A DNA stretch of 63,985 nucleotides, the filler included, from Octopus bimaculoides (Eukaryota): assembly GCF_001194135.2 (NCBI RefSeq). It is 5 parts of 5 records of this genome, joined end to end, with 100 filler letters (N's around TTAATTAATTAA, not from the genome) between each part and the next. Parts side by side here need not be neighbours in the genome. Positions count along the whole stretch, not along the records: positions 11,179 to 37,529 come from NC_068998.1; positions 37,630 to 47,922 come from NC_068984.1; 3 more parts are not named here. One strand, written 5' to 3'. This document shows, piece after piece, positions 24,371 through 38,036 of this stretch (positions are counted from its first letter, which is position 1; every line of letters begins with the position of its first letter). The notes beneath the pieces were generated by a model. That model made no database searches and had not been told where the DNA came from. It worked only from the letters and a program-made list of their open reading frames with translations. The position numbers and the translations under genes were made by a program.

Positions 24371-26119
24371 TATATACATATATACACACACACACATATA
24401 TATACATATATATATATATCTCACAGCCTCCCTTCTTCACCCTGTCATTGAGCTGTTCTCCATGTTTCCATGATTAAATTTATTGAAGTTGTACTCAATT
24501 ATATTTGCTTGTGAATGTGTCTCAGTGGCCCACTCCGTCTAAGCATATCTCACCATCACACTTCTTCAAAAATAAAACGTCACAACAACAACAACACCAC
24601 CACCAACAACAACAACACCACCACCACCAACAACAACAATAATGATGTCGTTATTGTTGTTGTAACATTTTATTTTGTGATATTGACAAAAGATGTGTTT
24701 TCTGCTCTACATCAACATATCTACATCATTGACAACATTAAAGAGCAATGTGTATATGTGCATGTGTGAGTGCATGTGTGTGTGTATACGAGAGGGGGGG
24801 GGGAGAAGACAGAAGGACAAAGATAAATTATTGTTATTATATTGTTATTGCTGTTGTTGTTGTTTGTACATTTTCTCTCTAATTATTAAATTGTTTTCAA
24901 TTTCTTTCCCTCGTCACCAACATCGACAGCACCAGTGTCGCCACCATCATCATCCTTGTGTCTATATTCATCACCATCGCTACCACCGCACTCATCTCCA
25001 CCACCACCACAACCACCATCATCCCCACAACTACCGCCACCATCATCGCCGCCACGACCATCATCATAATCATCATCATCATCATACCAACCTTCATCGT
25101 CCTTTCACTCACCATCAGNNNNNNNNNNNNNNNNNNNNNNNNNNNNNNNNNNNNNNNNNNNNNNNNNNNNNNNNNNNNNNNNNNNNNNNNNNNNNNNNNN
25201 NNNNNNNNNNNNNNNNNNNNNNNNNNNNNNNNNNNNNNNNNNNNNNNNNNNNNNNNNNNNNNNNNNNNNNNNNNNNNNNNNNNNNNNNNNNNNNNNNNNN
25301 NNNNNNNNNNNNNNNNNNNNNNNNNNNNNNNNNNNNNNNNNNNNNNNNNNNNNNNNNNNNNNNNNNNNNNNNNNNNNNNNNNNNNNNNNNNNNNNNNNNN
25401 NNNNNNNNNNNNNNNNNNNNNNNNNNNNNNNNNNNNNNNNNNNNNNNNNNNNNNNNNNNNNNNNNNNNNNNNNNNNNNNNNNNNNNNNNNNNNNNNNNNN
25501 NNNNNNNNNNNNNNNNNNNNNNNNNNNNNNNNNNNNNNNNNNNNNNNNNNNNNNNNNNNNNNNNNNNNNNNNNNNNNNNNNNNNNNNNNNNNNNNNGGGA
25601 GGGCAGGCAGGGGGTTTCGGAAACACGGAGACTGCTGTTGCCCCTAATGTTTAAGGGAAATGTCTAAACAACAACAACGATGACAACAACAACAAGAACA
25701 ACGAGAGATAAATTTAAACGGTAATGAAATAAGATGCAATAAAGGTAATTGAGAAAGGAAGTTAAGAATAAAGAATTGAAATATTTGAAGAGTGGAAGAA
25801 AGAGTCTAAGAATTAAATGAAATTGGATATTTGTAGAGAATTTGATGTTTAAAATAAATTTATTTGTTGAATTATATATAAAATATAATGACAACAACAA
25901 CAACAACAACAACAATGGCAAACAGATTCGGTGTCTGAGAACAATGCCAATAGTTACAGCATCTCTTAAATCTTAGAATTTTCTTCTCTTCTGGTACCAA
26001 ACGTACACATATTTGAACCGTCACACGTTGACACACGTACATGCACATTCGAATATACGTAAACATACACATGCACACATATAGAAACACGAACATACAA
26101 TCATGTATACACACACATA

Positions 26120-26640
26120 AATATGCTCATGTACACACACGCGCACACACACACACACACAGAAATATGTTCACACAAACACACATTTGAACACTCACAC
26201 ATTCACACACATACATGCACACTCATACATGCACGAACACACTCATACACACACAAACATTCAATCATGTACACACACACACATTTACAAACAAACACAC
26301 ACAGATGCACATTCCAACATACATGAACACACACATACACAAACATTCAATCATGTACACACACACACATACACACATAAATATGCTCATGAACACACAC
26401 ACATTTGAACACTCACATTTACACACAAACACACACAGATGCACATTCCAACATATGTGAACACACACACACACAGATGCTCATTCCAACACACATGAAC
26501 ACACACACGCACACATACAGAAACACATTCAATCATGTACACACACGTACATTCATACACGCACGCACACACACTCAAACAAACGCTCACACACAAACAC
26601 ACTCACACACAAACACACTCATACCCCCCCCCACACACAC
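26120..26640. repeat. CA-rich satellite with a higher-order unit of about 80-90 bp
   Basis: AACATTCAATCATGTACACAC and CAGATGCACATTCCAACA recur 3-4 times. Confidence 0.6.
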
Positions 26641-27715
26641 ACACAATGTAATCTTTCTTTTACAATTATTTAAATACTTCCAACAAAGGAGGAGCAGGTT
26701 TCTAACAGAGACATCCCTTGCCGACCCATCACTTCAGTTTGAACACCAAACAACAGCTNNNNNNNNNNNNNNNNNNNNNNNNNNNNNNNNNNNNNNNNNN
26801 NNNNNNNNNNNNNNNNNNNNNNNNNNNNNNNNNNNNNNNNNNNNNNNNNNNNNNNNNNNNNNNNNNNNNNNNNNNNNNNNNNNNNNNNNNNNNNNNNNNN
26901 NNNGGGTGTTACATGCTGAACTTCAGAAAAGTTTTGCATATTTTTACTATTCCTCTTACAGATTCATCTTCATCATTTACTGTCCGCTTCCCATGCTGGC
27001 ATGGGTTGGACATTGTATCTGTAAAATGCAAAAACACCTTAACCCCTTTTTTTGCTCTAGCAAAATTAAAGAAAAAGAAAATGCTAACATTGCACAGAGA
27101 TGACAATTTTTTGGTGTTTAGGTGGTAGTGTAGTATAAAAAAAAAAAAGGACCCCCTTTGGTCATGAATTACCATGGGATTGTGGAATTACACCTAGAAA
27201 GTTCCCCTCTAAGGCACAAGTCCGGATATGGATGTTTGTGGAAGACCAGCAGTCGCTCATGCATACCAGCCTCCCCTCTCCATGCCACTGATGTTATCCA
27301 AGGGAAAGGCAAAGGGGCCGATACAGCTTGGCACCAGTGATGCCACGACTCATTTCCACAGAGGAGTGAACTGGAGCAATGTGAAATAAAGTGTCTTGCT
27401 CAAGAACGTAATACACAGCCCAGTCCAGGAATCGAACTCACTACCTCATGATTGTGAGCCTGACACTCTAACCACTGAGCCATGTGCCTCATAGTATCAG
27501 ATATATGTAATGTTTAGGAAGTAGCAGAGTGTAGCTGAGAGTAGTTGAGTTTTTGCAGGTGGTATGGTGTGGTAGTTTAGCTGTTAGTGTAGTTGGTAGA
27601 GTGTAGTAATGTGGTGTGTTGTATAAGCAGTGGTATGGTGGTAGTGTAACAGGTGGTGGTGTAGAAGTTAGGTTGTAGTGTGGTAGTAATAAATCAATAA
27701 TAAATCAATTCTTAC

Positions 27716-27768
27716 CAATTATTAATATTCCATCGAGTTCGTAAAAATCCTTTTCGGGACCATTTAAA
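27716..27768 (-). CDS. INPP5A: INPP5A-like exon b (FKWSRKGFLRTRWNINN-C), 53 bp
   Basis: ttattgttgcag acceptor and GTAAGA donor; matches KWSRKGFIRTRW; phase 0/2. Confidence 0.92.
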
Positions 27769-28818
27769 CTGCAACAATAAAAACAGAGAGTAAGGTGGCG
27801 GTAGTGGTGGTGGTGATTTAGTGGTGGTTTAATCTCGTTTAATTAAATCATGTCAAATAAGTAAATATGTAACAGTTTCCATAGCAACATGGTTCTCTAC
27901 TTGCACATGCTTCTTTAGCACCCATAACGGATATTGCGTAAAAGTGGATCTTCTCTGGTAGAGTACCCAGGGGTGGTCACTTTAGGATACCAGACTGAAC
28001 CATGTCATATCAAACCCCACAGAGAGGTCGAAGACAATGTTGGATTGCAAGAGAACTCCAAATATCTTGGTGAAAAACTGATCCTAATACATGACTGGTA
28101 CTGGTGCAATTTTTATTGACCCCACCCCACCCCACCCAAGGTGGTGCACGGGAAGAATCATTACCGCATCAGACAAGATGCATGATGGCATTTCTTCTGG
28201 TTCTTAACATACTGAGTTCAAATACCAACAAGGTCAACTTTGCCATAATTTTTTTTTTGNNNNNNNNNNNNNNNNNNNNNNNNNNNNNNNNNNNNNNNNN
28301 NNNNNNNNNNNNNNNNNNNNNNNNNNNNNNNNNNNNNGGGGGGGGGGTCTTGAGAGATTGTGGGTGGGTGTTTGAATAGGTAGTACCAAACAAAATGTTA
28401 TTTATTGTATTATCTTGGAAATACCACATAAGTAAAGTAATCAGTTAAGTTATGCCCCAGCATGGCCACAGTCCAATGAAAGACATAAAAGATAAAATCC
28501 AAATATTTTTTTTTTTCCTTTTTAGCCAAAGTAAAATAGTTCAACCCTTTTTAGTGTTTAAAACCAAACCACAATCCAACCCAAATATTTAACCTAGTTT
28601 ATGCCCAAACTAGCCAGATCCGTCCTTTCACGCCTACCCTACAATTTCATTTAAAAAATAAGAAACCTTATTGAAATCTCAAAACTATGAATTCAATGCA
28701 TGAATAATTAAAAACGATGTGGATAAACCAGCTTTACATTTTTACAGAGTTAATCTGAGCATTATAGGATTAAACACATTATAACTATTAAATAGACTTT
28801 CCCCTCAGAGGAATGACC

Positions 28819-28864
<46 letters not shown>

Positions 28865-28881
28865 ATATTAAAACTACTTAC

Positions 28882-28953
28882 ATCAGGGTAGAATCTCTGT
28901 GGGAACTTGGCTTTTTCTTTGACGGTGACATTCTCAATATTACCAGACTGGAC
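28882..28953 (-). CDS. INPP5A: INPP5A-like exon a (VQSGNIENVTVKEKAKFPQRFYPD), 72 bp
   Basis: ttttgctgtcttag acceptor and GTAAGT donor; matches INPP5A LEKEKFPQDYFPE; phase 0/0. Confidence 0.85.
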
Positions 28954-29133
28954 CTAAGACAGCAAAAGAAACATCATTAGTTGGTCAGGTAAGATAATTA
29001 ATAAAGCAATCATCAATGCATATATTAATATACAATATAACTTCATCATAATGGTCAGTTACATAATACAAACAGTGGACGCACTACCATTGACATCATC
29101 ATCATCATCAGATACATAAATAATTCTTTCTTA

Positions 29134-29760
29134 TTAGGATCAGCTGAAAAGTTCATAGGCTGACCAAGATTCCCTAATGGAATGTGACAAAATGAGGTTT
29201 ATTTTTCAACTGTGCTTGGACCTAATTAACGAAGAAAGCTTTCATTCCATTGGTCAAAAAAGTCATCAATAGCAGATATAACATCATCATCACTGCAATA
29301 CTGGTTCCCAGCTTCAAATTCCGCCAAGGTTGACTTTGCCTTTCATCCTTTCGGGGTCGATAAATTAAGTACCCATTGCATACTGGGATCGATCTAATCG
29401 ACTGACCTCCTCCCCAAAAATTTTGGGCCTTGTGCTTAGAGTAGATAAAAAGAAATAAAATACTGGTTCCCAGCCTAGTGTTTTTTCATGTTGGGGAAAC
29501 AGATGATGATAGTCAGATGGGGCCAAATCAGGAGAATAGAGGACAGCGATCAACCAGTTCAAAGCCACAGTCACACACCACAGTAGCCACTGAAACTAAA
29601 GACCCATGTGCTGGAATGTTGTCCTGATGAAATAAGACCCCTTTCATCAGTTTTCCAGCACATTTGGTCTTGATAGCCATTCGTAACTGCCTCAGCAGAA
29701 TTTCACAGCTCTAGCATCACTCCTTCATAGCCAGCCTGTGAACGTTTTAGCCCTCCCTTG
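29134..29760 (-). mobile_element. Internally deleted mariner with both TIRs and a nested SINE (29313-29458)
   Basis: YSPDLAPSDYH motif; imperfect TIRs (GCTGAAAAGTTCATAGGCTG vs GCTAAAACGTTCACAGGCTG); TA flanks; the SINE is bounded by a 16-bp direct repeat AATACTGGTTCCCAGC (29297, 29459). Confidence 0.78.
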
Positions 29761-30067
29761 TATAAATATAGAGTTTATAGAGTGGACACAGTGAAGAATA
29801 TTACTGGAGGTATGGTGAAGGGTGAGAAATACCATCGGATAGGCAGGTGGCGGAAGATGAGAGTAGTGTTGATAAAAAAAAGTTGGGTTGATGATATATA
29901 ACCCCCAGCCCCCACTAATCTTGGATGATTTAATCAGAGAAAAAACAACACTATTACTACTACTGACCATGGTAATGATGCTGCTACTGATGATGATGAT
30001 ATAAAGTGAGGAGAAACAATGTCATCAGGTCAGCAGACATTGGAGATTCAAATGAAATAAGGAAGGT

Positions 30068-30146
<79 letters not shown>

Positions 30147-30497
30147 TTAATGCCCTTTATATATAATTATATATATATATGTGTGTGTAAGTGTGTGTGT
30201 GTGTGTGTGTGTGTATAGGTGAGTATGTATGTGTGTGTGTGTGTATGTGTGTAGGTAACTTAGTATATACATATGTGTGTGTAGATATGTATGTATATAT
30301 ATATGTGTGTGTGTGTGTGTAGGTAAGTATCTATATATGTATATTTGTGTGTAGGTAAGTATGTATGTATATATGTATGTGTATAGATAACTTTGTATAT
30401 ACATATGTGTGTAGATAAGTATGCATGTATATATATATATATATATGTGTGTGTGGGTAAGTATGTATATATATATATGTGTGTGTAAGTATGTATG

Positions 30498-30529
<32 letters not shown>

Positions 30530-31861
30530 GGTGTGTGTAACCTTTCCTCTTCCTTATTCTCTCTATCATTACTATCACCATAATTTTTCTTTTATTTGGT
30601 TTGTTTTTCAGGCAATGATAACCATCACCGCCTCCATCACCATCACCGCCTCCATCACCATCACCACCACCACCACCACCACCACCACCACCACTATCAC
30701 TACCACCACCACCGCCATCATCATCATCACCATTGCAGCCATTCATTCGTTTGTTTTTTTGCATATTTTTTTTCTCTAAGGTGGGAAGTAATAATTCTGT
30801 TTTATTTGTGGTTATTAAGTTATTTAGATAACGAGGCCTAATTAGAGGGGAGGTATAGGTGAGTGGAGTGGAGTGTGGTGTGTGTGTGTGTGTGTGTGAG
30901 TGGAGTGTAGCCCTCATAGACCATCAAGCAGGAAAGTGAAAGTAGGAGGAAGAGCGTGAGTGATATGTGTGAATGTATGTATGTATGTATGTGTGTGTTT
31001 GTGCAAATGTGTATTTGCACAAGTGTGTGTGTTTGCGCATGTGTGTGTTTGTGTTTGTATGTGTGTATCTAACTAGTGAAAAGCCATCCACTACCCCCCC
31101 CCAATTTTATCTTATTTTTGCACAGAGGAGGGGTGAAGAGAGAGAGGGAGAGATGGACAGGTTAACTCATCGTCTGTGGTGGTCATGGTCGGGTCGGTGG
31201 TGTAGTGCTAGCACAGTGATGTTGGTGGAACAAAGATGGTGATGATGATGGAACAGGGTGATGGTAGTATAGGATACTAGTGATGGTGGTGGTGGTGGTG
31301 GAGGAATAAGATACTTGTGATGATGGTGGTGGTGGTATAAGGTACTAGTGATGATGATGATGGTGGTGGTGGTGGTGGTGTAGGATAGTGGTGGTGGTAG
31401 TGAAACAGTGTGGTGATGGTACAGTGTAGATGTAGTGTAATAGTGGTATAAGTAATTGTGGAGGAGACAGAGTTGATGCTGTAGTACAATAGTAGCATCA
31501 GTATTGGTGGTGACGGCAGTGTAGGTGTGGTGTTGGTGTAGGGGATTTCAGGGAGAGAACAGAGAGCAGGGGTGGGGTGGCGCAGAAAATGAGACACCCT
31601 CTGCCAGCCACATCTAAGGGTACCACTTCTTCCCCCTCCCCATCCCTGCCATTGTAGCTGTGGTGAGGGGGAAGTGGCCGAGTGGCTCCTTGGGGACATT
31701 CTGTGTAAAACAGATAAAAATGGTGACCCCTAAACAAGCTTTGATGCTTCAACAACCAGGAATATTTCTGTCTCTCAACATTATTTTTGGTTTTTGAGAT
31801 GTTTTTTTGGTCTTTTGTTGCTGAGCATATGTGTGTGAGTGTATATAAATAAATACACACA

Positions 31862-31899
<38 letters not shown>

Positions 31900-33411
31900 N
31901 NNNNNNNNNNNNNNNNNNNNNNNNNNNNNNNNNNNNNNNNNNNNNNNNNNNNNNNNNNNNNNNNNNNNNNNNNNNNNNNNNNNNNNNNNNNNNNNNNNNN
32001 NNNNNNNNNNNNNNNNNNNNNNNNNNNNNNNNNNNNNNNNNNNNNNNNNNNNNNNNNNNNNNNNNNNNNNNNNNNNNNNNNNNNNNNNNNNNNNNNNNNN
32101 NNNNNNNNNNNNNNNNNNNNNNNNNNNNNNNNNNNNNNNNNNNNNNNNNNNNNNNNNNNNNNNNNNNNNNNNNNNNNNNNNNNNNNNNNNNNNNNNNNNN
32201 NNNNNNNNNNNNNNNNNNNNNNNNNNNNNNNNNNNNNNNNNNNNNNNNNNNNNNNNNNNNNNNNNNNNNNNNNNNNNNNNNNNNNNNNNNNNNNNNNNNN
32301 NNNNNNNNNNNNNNNNNNNNNNNNNNNNNNNNNNNNNNNNNNNNNNNNNNNNNNNNNNNNNNNNNNNNNNNNNNNNNNNNNNNNNNNNNNNNNNNNNNNN
32401 NNNNNNNNNNNNNNNNNNNNNNNNNNNNNNNNNNNNNNNNNNNNNNNNNNNNNNNNNNNNNNNNNNNNNNNNNNNNNNNNNNNNNNNNNNNNNNNNNNNN
32501 NNNNNNNNNNNNNNNNNNNNNNNNNNNNNNNNNNNNTATATGCAAATATATTTGTATATATAAATGTATATATCATATATCACATGATATACATTTGTAA
32601 TCATGTGTGTATGTGAGAATAGCTACATATATGCAAAAACATACACGCACACACACCAACACACATGCACGCGTGTGCTAACAAAGATACACACAAAAGC
32701 GTTTCTGTGAGCGTCGATGTATATGTGTGCGTAGATGTTTATATATGCAGCTCAAGTGAACTATAAAAGCTATAATACCTATCATTATAGAGTAGGGGTC
32801 ATTAAGATAATGAAGCAGTCGGTATTCACCATAAAGGGACAGTGACAACGAAGGATGTTGGCTCTAATTACATACTGTCTGCGATGGGGTCTGTTGTAGC
32901 GAGGATGTTTTTTTCCTTTTTCGTTGGGGTTTTTTTTGTCAGTTTTGGTGGAGGAGGGGTACATCAGACAGTTGTGTGTGTGTATGTGTTCTCTCATGCA
33001 TATATAAGCATATACACTAACATATAGATACATTATATATATATATATATATATACCCAGACACACATAAACTGTATAGTGTGTACATGCATGCATGACA
33101 GCACATATATAAATAATATACAAATAGGAGCTAATGAGGGGGTCTCTATGTGGTCATTCAACCTGCAAAAATAGCAGGCAAATTCCCTGAAATCACATAA
33201 AAAAATAACGATAAATTGAAAAAAAAAAAATCCCAGGATGATCATAGGTGGAACATGTTTGATCAGATATTTACTTTGTCAGAGCAGACCTGTGGCTAAA
33301 CAATAACATATACACACATGTATACATAAATATACATGCATTAACATACATTTATTATACACACTCAATGATACAGTCAATTCTCTCTATATGACTAAAT
33401 GTATATATATA

Positions 33412-33468
<57 letters not shown>

Positions 33469-34141
33469 ATATCATTGCTAATGTGAATATACAGAGAAAT
33501 ACAATGATATATATGCATGTGTGTGTTCATGTCTGTGTGTATAGGCGTGCATGAGTGTATGCATGTCTGTGTGTACATGCATGTATGAGTACATATATAT
33601 GTGTGCATGTATATATATGAATGTTTACATAAATATGTGTGTACACATGTGTGTATGCCTATATACCACTTCTGCATCATGTGTGTGTTTGTGTATGTGT
33701 GTGGGGGTATATATATGTATGTGTGTGTATATGTGCATGTGTATACGTGTGTGTATATGTACGTGTGTATGTGTATGTATATATATGTGTGTATGCATGT
33801 GTTTATGTGTGTGTGTATGGTTGTATTATATCCATATGGTGAGGCAGTGAATGATCTACCATGGAACCATGGAGTGTTTGTTGCTGGACCCTACTGAGGC
33901 CCTTTTCTACTCTGAGTACCACCCAATGTGATCTGCTACAAGATTCCAAAATCACAGAGCTCTCCTGTGGACAGTCAACGGCCCGCGACTGCCTTGTCCA
34001 TTTCCAGTGCCAACAGTTGGAACAGTGTTAAGCCCTAGGTCTGAGCTTCTATGGGCAATGACCTTCCATCTGTGATAACCATTATTTATTGGTTCCTATA
34101 ATTTCGAAAATAACAACGTGCAGAAGGGATCAGCTTTTTAA

Positions 34142-34357
34142 CCCTTTCGTTACCAGACAGGCTGAAACTGGCTCTGTAATACAAAGGTCTTGTTTTCATA
34201 AGTTTTGAATTAAAATCTTCCAGCAAACCTAAGTCACGATTAACGTTCCTAACACTAGCTTAATGATAACTAAGTTATTTTACTAAATTCATTGCTATAT
34301 TTAAAATTAATTGAAAGAAACACAGAGCATCGCAACAGAAACACAGTAACGAAAGGG
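34142..34357. mobile_element. piggyBac-type MITE, 216 bp
   Basis: Perfect 12-bp TIR CCCTTTCGTTAC/GTAACGAAAGGG with TTAA on both sides. Confidence 0.85.
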
Positions 34358-35501
34358 TTAAGGGATCTTTGCATCGTTTTAAATGTTCTTTGCCAGTTTA
34401 AGGTTACAGGATTTTTGAGGAATAAATTGGATTCTCTTCAATACACACACACACAATACTATATATAAACCCGTACAAACACAAACACACAGAAAACATT
34501 ATGAGCACACACACAGCACACAAACAAACAGAATACACACACACCACACAAGCATATAAAACGCACACATGAGCACACACAATACTCCCTTACAAAGTTT
34601 ATCAGTCATTGTAACTTTGAAGCGGCTCCAACAATCATTCATCAGATTGTATGATGGGCATTGCCGGTGAAATTTCAGTCTCAGTCTTTCTGTATTGCTA
34701 TCAAATTATTTATATTTTGTATGTGTTTAATCGTATTTATATTTTATTCCAGTGACTCATAAACAGTGCATAGTAGTGCACTGGTGCACAATAGTGCATT
34801 GGTGCACAGCAGGTCGTATCTAGGTGTTCTGTGTGTTTTCAAATGTATAAGATTTTGTTGATGTATTTGCAGAAATGCTGTGAGCTGTGTGATGTCCTCA
34901 AGTATTTGCATAAATGTGGCCTGTTGAGGTGAGACAATTTCAGGTATTTGCATAAATGACAGGATGTGGTGGGACAGCTGTCAGTATTTCTATGCAATAT
35001 GATGGCTGTAGATACTACAACGTTGTAAACAAAATAAATGTTTTATTAAGGGAAGGCTAAGCATGAATATATACGTAAACAAGAGCACTCAGTGAGTGAA
35101 AACCTCCGCCAAGGCAACACCAATGTCCTCTCAACGATTAGCCAGAGATGATTTTTAAAATGAGAATATGTGAAATAAACTCAACTGCTCTCACAAACAA
35201 GAATACTAAAAATAACTGACTGCTTGCAAAAATTAAGGAACAAAACTGGAAAAATAATCCAGAATCCTTGTCCAGTACTGGATCGATCCCAAAATCTAAA
35301 TAGTTTGTGGCAGTCATGAGGCCAAACATTCCTGAAAGTTTCATCTGAATCTATCCAGCGATTCTTGAGATATCGTGTCTATGGAGAAACAAACAAACAA
35401 ACACGACTGAAAACAAAGAATAAGTCCTGGGGTCGATTTGCTCGACTAAAGGCAATGCTCCAGCATGGCCGCAATCAAATGACTGAAACAAGTAAAAGAG
35501 T

Positions 35502-35535
<34 letters not shown>

Positions 35536-35797
35536 NNNNNNNNNNNNNNNNNNNNNNNNNNNNNNNNNNNNNNNNNNNNNNNNNNNNNNNNNNNNNNNNN
35601 NNNNNNNNNNNNNNNNNNNNNNNNNNNNNNNNNNNNNNNNNNNNNNNNNNNNNNNNNNNNNNNNNNNNNNNNNNNNNNNNNNNNNNNNNNNNNNNNTATA
35701 TATATATAGTTGAAATTTACAGAAAAACAAAAGACGAAGACAGGCGTATAAACAACAAACTGGTGTATTAGTTTAACGCTCGGGAAGGTGAGAAAGT

Positions 35798-35833
35798 CTT
35801 TTACGTTTCGAGCCTACGCTCTTCATCAGAAAG
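35798..35833 (-). ncRNA. Minimal type I hammerhead ribozyme motif in a Penelope-like terminal repeat
   Basis: CUUU-CUGAUGA-A-GAGC(GUAG)GCUC-GAAA-CGU-A-AAAG: complete core, 4-bp stem I, 4-bp stem II and palindromic ACGU stem III. Activity is untested. Confidence 0.65.
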
Positions 35834-37390
35834 GAACGTGAGGAAATAAACAGAGAGAGAATAAAAAAAGCTTTAGGAGCTAGTGGTCAGATGCCCTTCG
35901 GTCATGAATGACCATGGGATTGCACCTAGAAAGTTACCCTCTGAGGCACAAGTTCAGGTAAGTTTGTTTATGAAAGACCAGCAGTTGCACCTGCATACCA
36001 GCCTTTCCTCTCCATGCCACCGATGGTATCCAAGGGAAAAGCAAAGGCCAGTGCAGCTTTGACACCATTTCTACAGCTGAGTGAACAGAAGCAACGGTGA
36101 AATAAAGTGTCTTGCTCAAGAACACAATGCACAGCTCAGTCTGGGAATTGAACTCACTACCTCATGATTGTTAACCCAACACTCTAACCACTGAGCTATA
36201 TGTCTTCATTATGTGTGTGTGCGTACATATATATAAAAGTGTATGTATGTTTGTTTATGAGTGTGTGTGTGTGTATATATGTCCGTGTGTGAGTGTATAT
36301 AATACATATATATGTATATATATATAAGTGTATGTATATTCATGTGAGTGTGTATATATATACATATATATACATACACACACACATCATTTCTACTTCT
36401 GCTTAGAACCCCACCACTACCACTTACACTAGAATCATCACAATGACCGCAACCACCACCTACACTACCACCCACATCACTGCCACCATAAATGACCACC
36501 ACCAACAACAAAGATTATTATATTACGACGATTCACAACCAAAAATTAATATAAGCAATAAAGATAGTCAAAAAGAGGAAAAAGAAAAAAACACATCATA
36601 AACAATATACGAAGAAAAACTATATAAGCAATAGCAACAACAACACGAACAAAGGGAAAATGAATGACCACCTCAACAACAACAACGAATATGAAAAAAT
36701 ATAAAGTATAAATATTAAAAAAAAAAGGGGAAATAAACAATAATGAATAAAGAGAGGAAGGTTTGTGAGTGTCCAAAAGATGGTGTGGAACAAAAGGAAA
36801 GTCTTGGGTGAATGGTCCAGCCACCATCCAGCCACCCCACGATTTAGTGGACAGAGCACTGTCCATAGCTTTCAACATCTTTCAATGACTGTTAGATACA
36901 ACAGAGCTTATAAATAGCTGAACAATATCACAAACACACGTACGCACACACACGAATGCATACGTGTTCGTGTGTGTACACACACACGTGAACACATGCG
37001 TGCACGCACGCACAGACAGAATTAATCCTCTTCACAGAAACATGATTGATTGGTTTTGGTATAGAACCGACTCAATGATGGAGAAAATGGGTGCCTCCGC
37101 GTGCGTGCGTGCGTGCATGTGTGTGTGTGTGTCTGTCTGTTTGTATAAGCATTTGTGTGTGTGTGTGTGTGTCTGGCTTCGTCTTTATGTATTAATCTAC
37201 GGCCATGAACACGGTATATAAACACAAATAGGAAAGCTTTTTACTTGTATACAAACACGTGCATAACGATATATGCATTCAGGAATACACACACACCTAA
37301 CATACATACATACATAGATGTATGTGTGTGCATGCATGCATATACATAAATAAAAAAACTTATTGGTGATTGTGTGTATATGTATGTGCG

Positions 37391-37428
<38 letters not shown>

Positions 37429-37468
37429 GTATGTATATATATATATATATATTATATATATATGTATG

Positions 37469-37500
<32 letters not shown>

Positions 37501-37529
37501 GTATGTATATATATATATATATATATTAT

Positions 37530-37629
37530 NNNNNNNNNNNNNNNNNNNNNNNNNNNNNNNNNNNNNNNNNNNNTTAATTAATTAANNNNNNNNNNNNNNN
37601 NNNNNNNNNNNNNNNNNNNNNNNNNNNNN
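37530..37629. other. Artificial scaffold-joining spacer
   Basis: Identical 100-bp structure. Confidence 0.97.
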
Positions 37630-37661
<32 letters not shown>

Positions 37662-38003
37662 GGTTGTGTGGTAAGTAGCATGCTTACCAACCACATGTCC
37701 CCCCAACATCGCTTGACAACCGATGCTGGTATGTTTACGTCCCCGTAACCTAGCGGTTCGGTAAAAGAGAACGATAGAATAAGTACTAGGTTTACAAAGT
37801 ATAAGTCCTGCGGTCGATTTTCGCGACTAAAGGCGGTGCTCCAGCATGGCCGCAGTCAAATGACTGAAACAAGTAAAAAAGTAAAAAGAGTAAAGAGTAT
37901 TATTATATTGAGTTTCAAATTCCTCCTATCAGTTGAACACTGAGTCCATGTAATCGACACAACTCCTTCCCAATATAGTTGTTCTTGTGGCAAAATTTGA
38001 AAC

Positions 38004-38036
<33 letters not shown>

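Noticed and set aside
36820-36890. Possible upstream INPP5A exon (SLKDV...)
   Set aside because: The similarity is only 5 aa and the frame hits a stop; it does not fit the expected exon.
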